From Gammaproteobacteria bacterium (GTDB taxonomy: Bacteria; Pseudomonadota; Gammaproteobacteria; CBDBNL01; JAAOII01), in assembly GCA_965207705.1 (NCBI GenBank), contig OZ242292.1, positions 1,413,913-1,477,912 of the forward strand: a DNA stretch of 64,000 bases. Direction: 5' to 3'. Within the stretch, counting starts at the first letter, position 1; each line of letters starts with the position of its first letter. Shown one piece after another: positions 61,945 to 64,000 of this stretch. Below the pieces are notes generated by a model. The model ran no database searches, was not told where the DNA came from, and saw only the letters and a program-made list of their open reading frames with translations. A program made the translations under genes and the position numbers.

Positions 61945-62039
61945 ATATAAGATAGCACAATAAAGTAATTTTTTATCTCAATTTGCCTTTTTTAGGCACT
62001 TTTTACAATAGAATATACAAAATAGTTTACATATAAAAT

Positions 62040-63464
62040 ATGAGTAATAAGGAGATAAAGATTAAGAAAGGATTGGATATTCCCATGAGCGGAATGCCCG
62101 TTCAATCCTCTCCTGAGGTTAAAGAAACCGAGCAGGTTGCCCTGTTGGGTGGGGATTATCATGGGTTAAAACCAGCTATGGCGGTTGAGGTTGGAGACCA
62201 GGTCAAAAAAGGTACTGTTTTGTTTGCCGCTAAGCAAAACCAGGGAGTTGTATATACTTCACCGGCTTCAGGCGAGGTTGTAGCAATAAATCGCGGCGCG
62301 AGAAGAAAGTTAGTGTCGGTGGTAGTGGCAGTTGACGGCAAGGACACGCAAGAAAAATTTTCATCTTTTTCCACACAACAACTCAATAAAATCAAGGCGG
62401 CGGATATCGCCAAACAATTACAACTCAGCGGCTTATGGTGTGCTTTACGTACCCGTCCTTTTAGCAAGATTCCTGCCGTATCCAGCCAGGCGGATGCGAT
62501 ATTCATCAATGTGATGGCAGAAGATAAGCATTCTGCAGACCCGCAGTTATTTTTACAAGAACATACTAATGATTTTATTCAAGGGGTCAAGATTTTAGCG
62601 GCATTGACAAAAGAAAAAGGTCGCATTTTTGTCTCCCATGCTCCGCATATCCAATTACCAAATTTGCCACAGCAAAATAATGCTTCTATTACCACTGCAA
62701 CTTTCAGTGGCAAGTATCCTGCTTCTCTCAGCGGCACCCACATGCATTTTTTATACCCTGCAGGGCGCGGAGTAACCAATTGGTGTATTAATTATCAGGA
62801 TACCGCAGCGATCGGCAGATTATTCTTAACTGGGGAATTGATGAATCAACGGATGATAAGCATAGCAGGACCAGGAATTAGTAATCCACGTCCGCTAATA
62901 ACTTCTCTGGGCGCTAATGTGGAAGAACTTACCGCAGGAGAACTACAAGGCAATAACAACCGATTAATTTCTGGTTCGGTATTAAATGGTTCTATAGCAG
63001 GAGGAGCGGGAGGAGCGGAAGCAGCAGGAGAGAGCGATGCTGATGTCGGCAGTGAGTTTTTAGGCAGATACCACCTACAACTAACCGCACTTAATAGAGG
63101 TGATACAAGGGAGTTTATGGGCTGGATGTCGCCAGGTTTTAATAAATTCTCAGTGCAGAATATCTATGTTTCCAAATTATTCAAGAGCAAATTATTTAAT
63201 TTTACCAGCACCACTAATGGCAGTGAAAGGGCTATGGTTCCTATGGGCACTTACGAAAAAATTATGCCTCATAATATGCTGCCAACTCAATTATTACGTT
63301 CCTTATTGGTAGAAGATATTGAAATGGCAGAACGACTTGGCTGTTTGGAACTTGACGAAGAGGATCTGGCGCTTTGCTCTTTTGTGTGTCCTGGCAAATA
63401 TGAGTATGGCGAGGCGCTGCGCGAGAATCTTACAAGAATTGAGAAGGAAAATTGGGACACTTAA
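62040..63464 (+). CDS. nqrA: Na+-translocating NADH:quinone reductase subunit A
   Basis: IKIKKGLDIP, RTRPFSK, ISGSVL, GSERAMVP, LELDEEDLALCSFVCPGKYEYG. Confidence 0.97.
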   Translation: MSNKEIKIKKGLDIPMSGMPVQSSPEVKETEQVALLGGDYHGLKPAMAVEVGDQVKKGTVLFAAKQNQGVVYTSPASGEVVAINRGARRKLVSVVVAVDGKDTQEKFSSFSTQQLNKIKAADIAKQLQLSGLWCALRTRPFSKIPAVSSQADAIFINVMAEDKHSADPQLFLQEHTNDFIQGVKILAALTKEKGRIFVSHAPHIQLPNLPQQNNASITTATFSGKYPASLSGTHMHFLYPAGRGVTNWCINYQDTAAIGRLFLTGELMNQRMISIAGPGISNPRPLITSLGANVEELTAGELQGNNNRLISGSVLNGSIAGGAGGAEAAGESDADVGSEFLGRYHLQLTALNRGDTREFMGWMSPGFNKFSVQNIYVSKLFKSKLFNFTSTTNGSERAMVPMGTYEKIMPHNMLPTQLLRSLLVEDIEMAERLGCLELDEEDLALCSFVCPGKYEYGEALRENLTRIEKENWDT

Positions 63465-63523
63465 ATTTTATGCAACTAATATATACTTGTTGCAACAAGC
63501 TCAACATATAATTATTATCTATT

Positions 63524-64000
63524 ATGATTAAACGGATGATGGCCTCTCTTGCTCCTTATTTTGAGAAAGGAGGCAAATATGAAAAATGGTATCCTTTATT
63601 TGAAGCGGTAGATACCATCCTATATACACCTGGCAAGGTCGCCAAGCATGCTCCTTATGTGCGTGATGGAATTGATATGAAGCGGGTGATGATAACTGTT
63701 TGGTTATGCGCTTTCCCTGCGATGTTTTGGGGTATGTGGAATATCGGTAATCAGGCGCTGGTTGCAATTGTTGAAAGCGGTTTAAGTGCTCCAGATGGTT
63801 GGCGCGGCGCCCTAATAGCTTCTTTAAGTTCACTAAACCCCAACAGTATTTGGGATTGCTTTGTTTACGGCGGAGTTTATTTTATTCCCATTTACTTTGT
63901 AGTATTTGTAGTGGGAGGGTTCTGGGAAGTGCTATTTGCCATGGTGCGGCGTCATGAAATTAATGAGGGCTTTTTTGTTACCTCAATCTTATTTGCTTTA
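63524..64000 (+). CDS. nqrB: Na+-translocating NADH:quinone reductase subunit B, 3'-truncated by window edge (absent from the ORF track)
   Basis: Manual translation from ATG 63524: MIKRMMASLAPYFEKGGKYEKWYPLFEAVDT...VRDGIDMKRVM...GGFWEVLFA...HEINEGFFVTS, open to the end of the window. Confidence 0.96.
   Translation, partial: MIKRMMASLAPYFEKGGKYEKWYPLFEAVDTILYTPGKVAKHAPYVRDGIDMKRVMITVWLCAFPAMFWGMWNIGNQALVAIVESGLSAPDGWRGALIASLSSLNPNSIWDCFVYGGVYFIPIYFVVFVVGGFWEVLFAMVRRHEINEGFFVTSILFAL

Noticed and set aside
63528-63833. 101-aa minus-strand ORF
   Set aside because: It is the antisense shadow of nqrB, which is open on the plus strand from 63524.

Overview
AT-rich chromosomal window from a divergent, probably marine and/or host-associated gammaproteobacterium (FabA/FabB, Na+-NQR, HslUV, ParC; the taxonomy is an inference). 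It is densely coding with about 55 genes. Most are core functions: dnaK, ruvA, argS, hslUV, recA/recX, ssb, rpsF-rpsR-rplI-rpsT, ftsY, fabAB, ppa, lepA, glyA, sdaA, atpD, trpA, parC, gmhB, ispF, nqrA/B. There is also an alpha/beta-galactoside ABC uptake cluster, a Liv/Bra-type amino-acid ABC transporter and an RND pump. I saw no tRNA, rRNA, IS, integrase or CRISPR array. The two best candidates for undescribed systems are (1) a three-gene cassette at 7.9-11.0 kb in which an EVE/PUA-like plus NucS-like PD-(D/E)XK nuclease lies between two different amino-methyltransferases, and (2) a translationally coupled membrane redox operon at 57.7-60.7 kb built around an MsrQ-like heme-b domain fused to a Rieske domain, with a Cys/His-motif partner protein. 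Window-wide oddities are -10 boxes 5-11 nt from start codons with almost no Shine-Dalgarno motifs, pervasive short tandem duplications in genes and spacers, and broken-up conserved operons (solo atpD, trpA, ruvA, dnaK, ispF). All calls come from motif recognition by eye; no searches were run.
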